From positions 1 through 21,754 of the forward strand of contig NW_021823625.1 of assembly GCF_006345805.1 (NCBI RefSeq): a stretch of 21,754 nucleotides of DNA, given 5' to 3'. The notes beneath the pieces are model-generated. The model was given only the letters and a program-made list of their open reading frames with translations. It searched no databases and was not told the origin of the DNA. This stretch comes from Octopus sinensis. Its lineage: Eukaryota. Position 1 is the stretch's first letter. Each line of letters begins with the position of its first letter. A program made the translations under genes and the position numbers. This document shows, piece by piece, positions 21,320 to 21,754 of the stretch.

Positions 21320-21754
21320 TTCTCGTCTCTTCATCAAATATTCTTACTTTCCTACGCAATCTGTCACAGACCCTGAGTATTTCTTCAGATCATCCTAATG
21401 AAAAAGGGGATTGAAGAATGACCAGACGACCAGATGACGTAGGCTTGTGGGCTGCTTCAAAAAAGCGGGAAAAAAACTCCATATCATCATATCCATTTAT
21501 CTTTTGGCATAGGTGTCATTGCACAAATGTTTTCGTCGGGACATCTGTCAGAGATTGTGTCAGTTGTGCCGACATCATTTTCAACATTTTAATCAAATGA
21601 AATGCAAATACATACATAGAAGTGTAAATATATATATATAATATATGCACACACACATATATATGTGTGTGCATGTGTGTGTGTGTCTGTTTGCGTGCGT
21701 GCGTGCGTGTGTTTGTATATTTATGTACGAACATTTGTGTTGTTTGATTTATTT

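Overview
This is AT-rich eukaryotic (metazoan) non-coding DNA, intronic or intergenic. Its SINE types and extreme microsatellite density suggest an octopus or other coleoid cephalopod genome (inference from recalled repeat sequences). I find no supportable host protein-coding gene, and most listed ORFs are microsatellite translations. The window is a mosaic of decayed mobile elements: (i) two tRNA-derived SINE types; (ii) the 3' end of an RTE-clade LINE (Rex3/Expander-like) with a (GGAT)n tail; (iii) a Tc1/mariner-pogo-type MITE with TA target duplication; (iv) two Penelope-like reverse transcriptase relics (GLYRDDG motif) missed by the ORF track, plus a degenerate minimal hammerhead-like motif; (v) several R4/Dong-like RLE non-LTR elements, all in (TAA)n tracts. 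The most interesting signals are an apparent SINE-into-SINE insertion at a fixed GGTATTTC site seen twice, a (TAA)n landing pad with several different LINE 3' ends sharing a small 3' stem-loop, a ~70-bp-arm palindrome, and a strand-polarity inversion with a hairpin at its junction.
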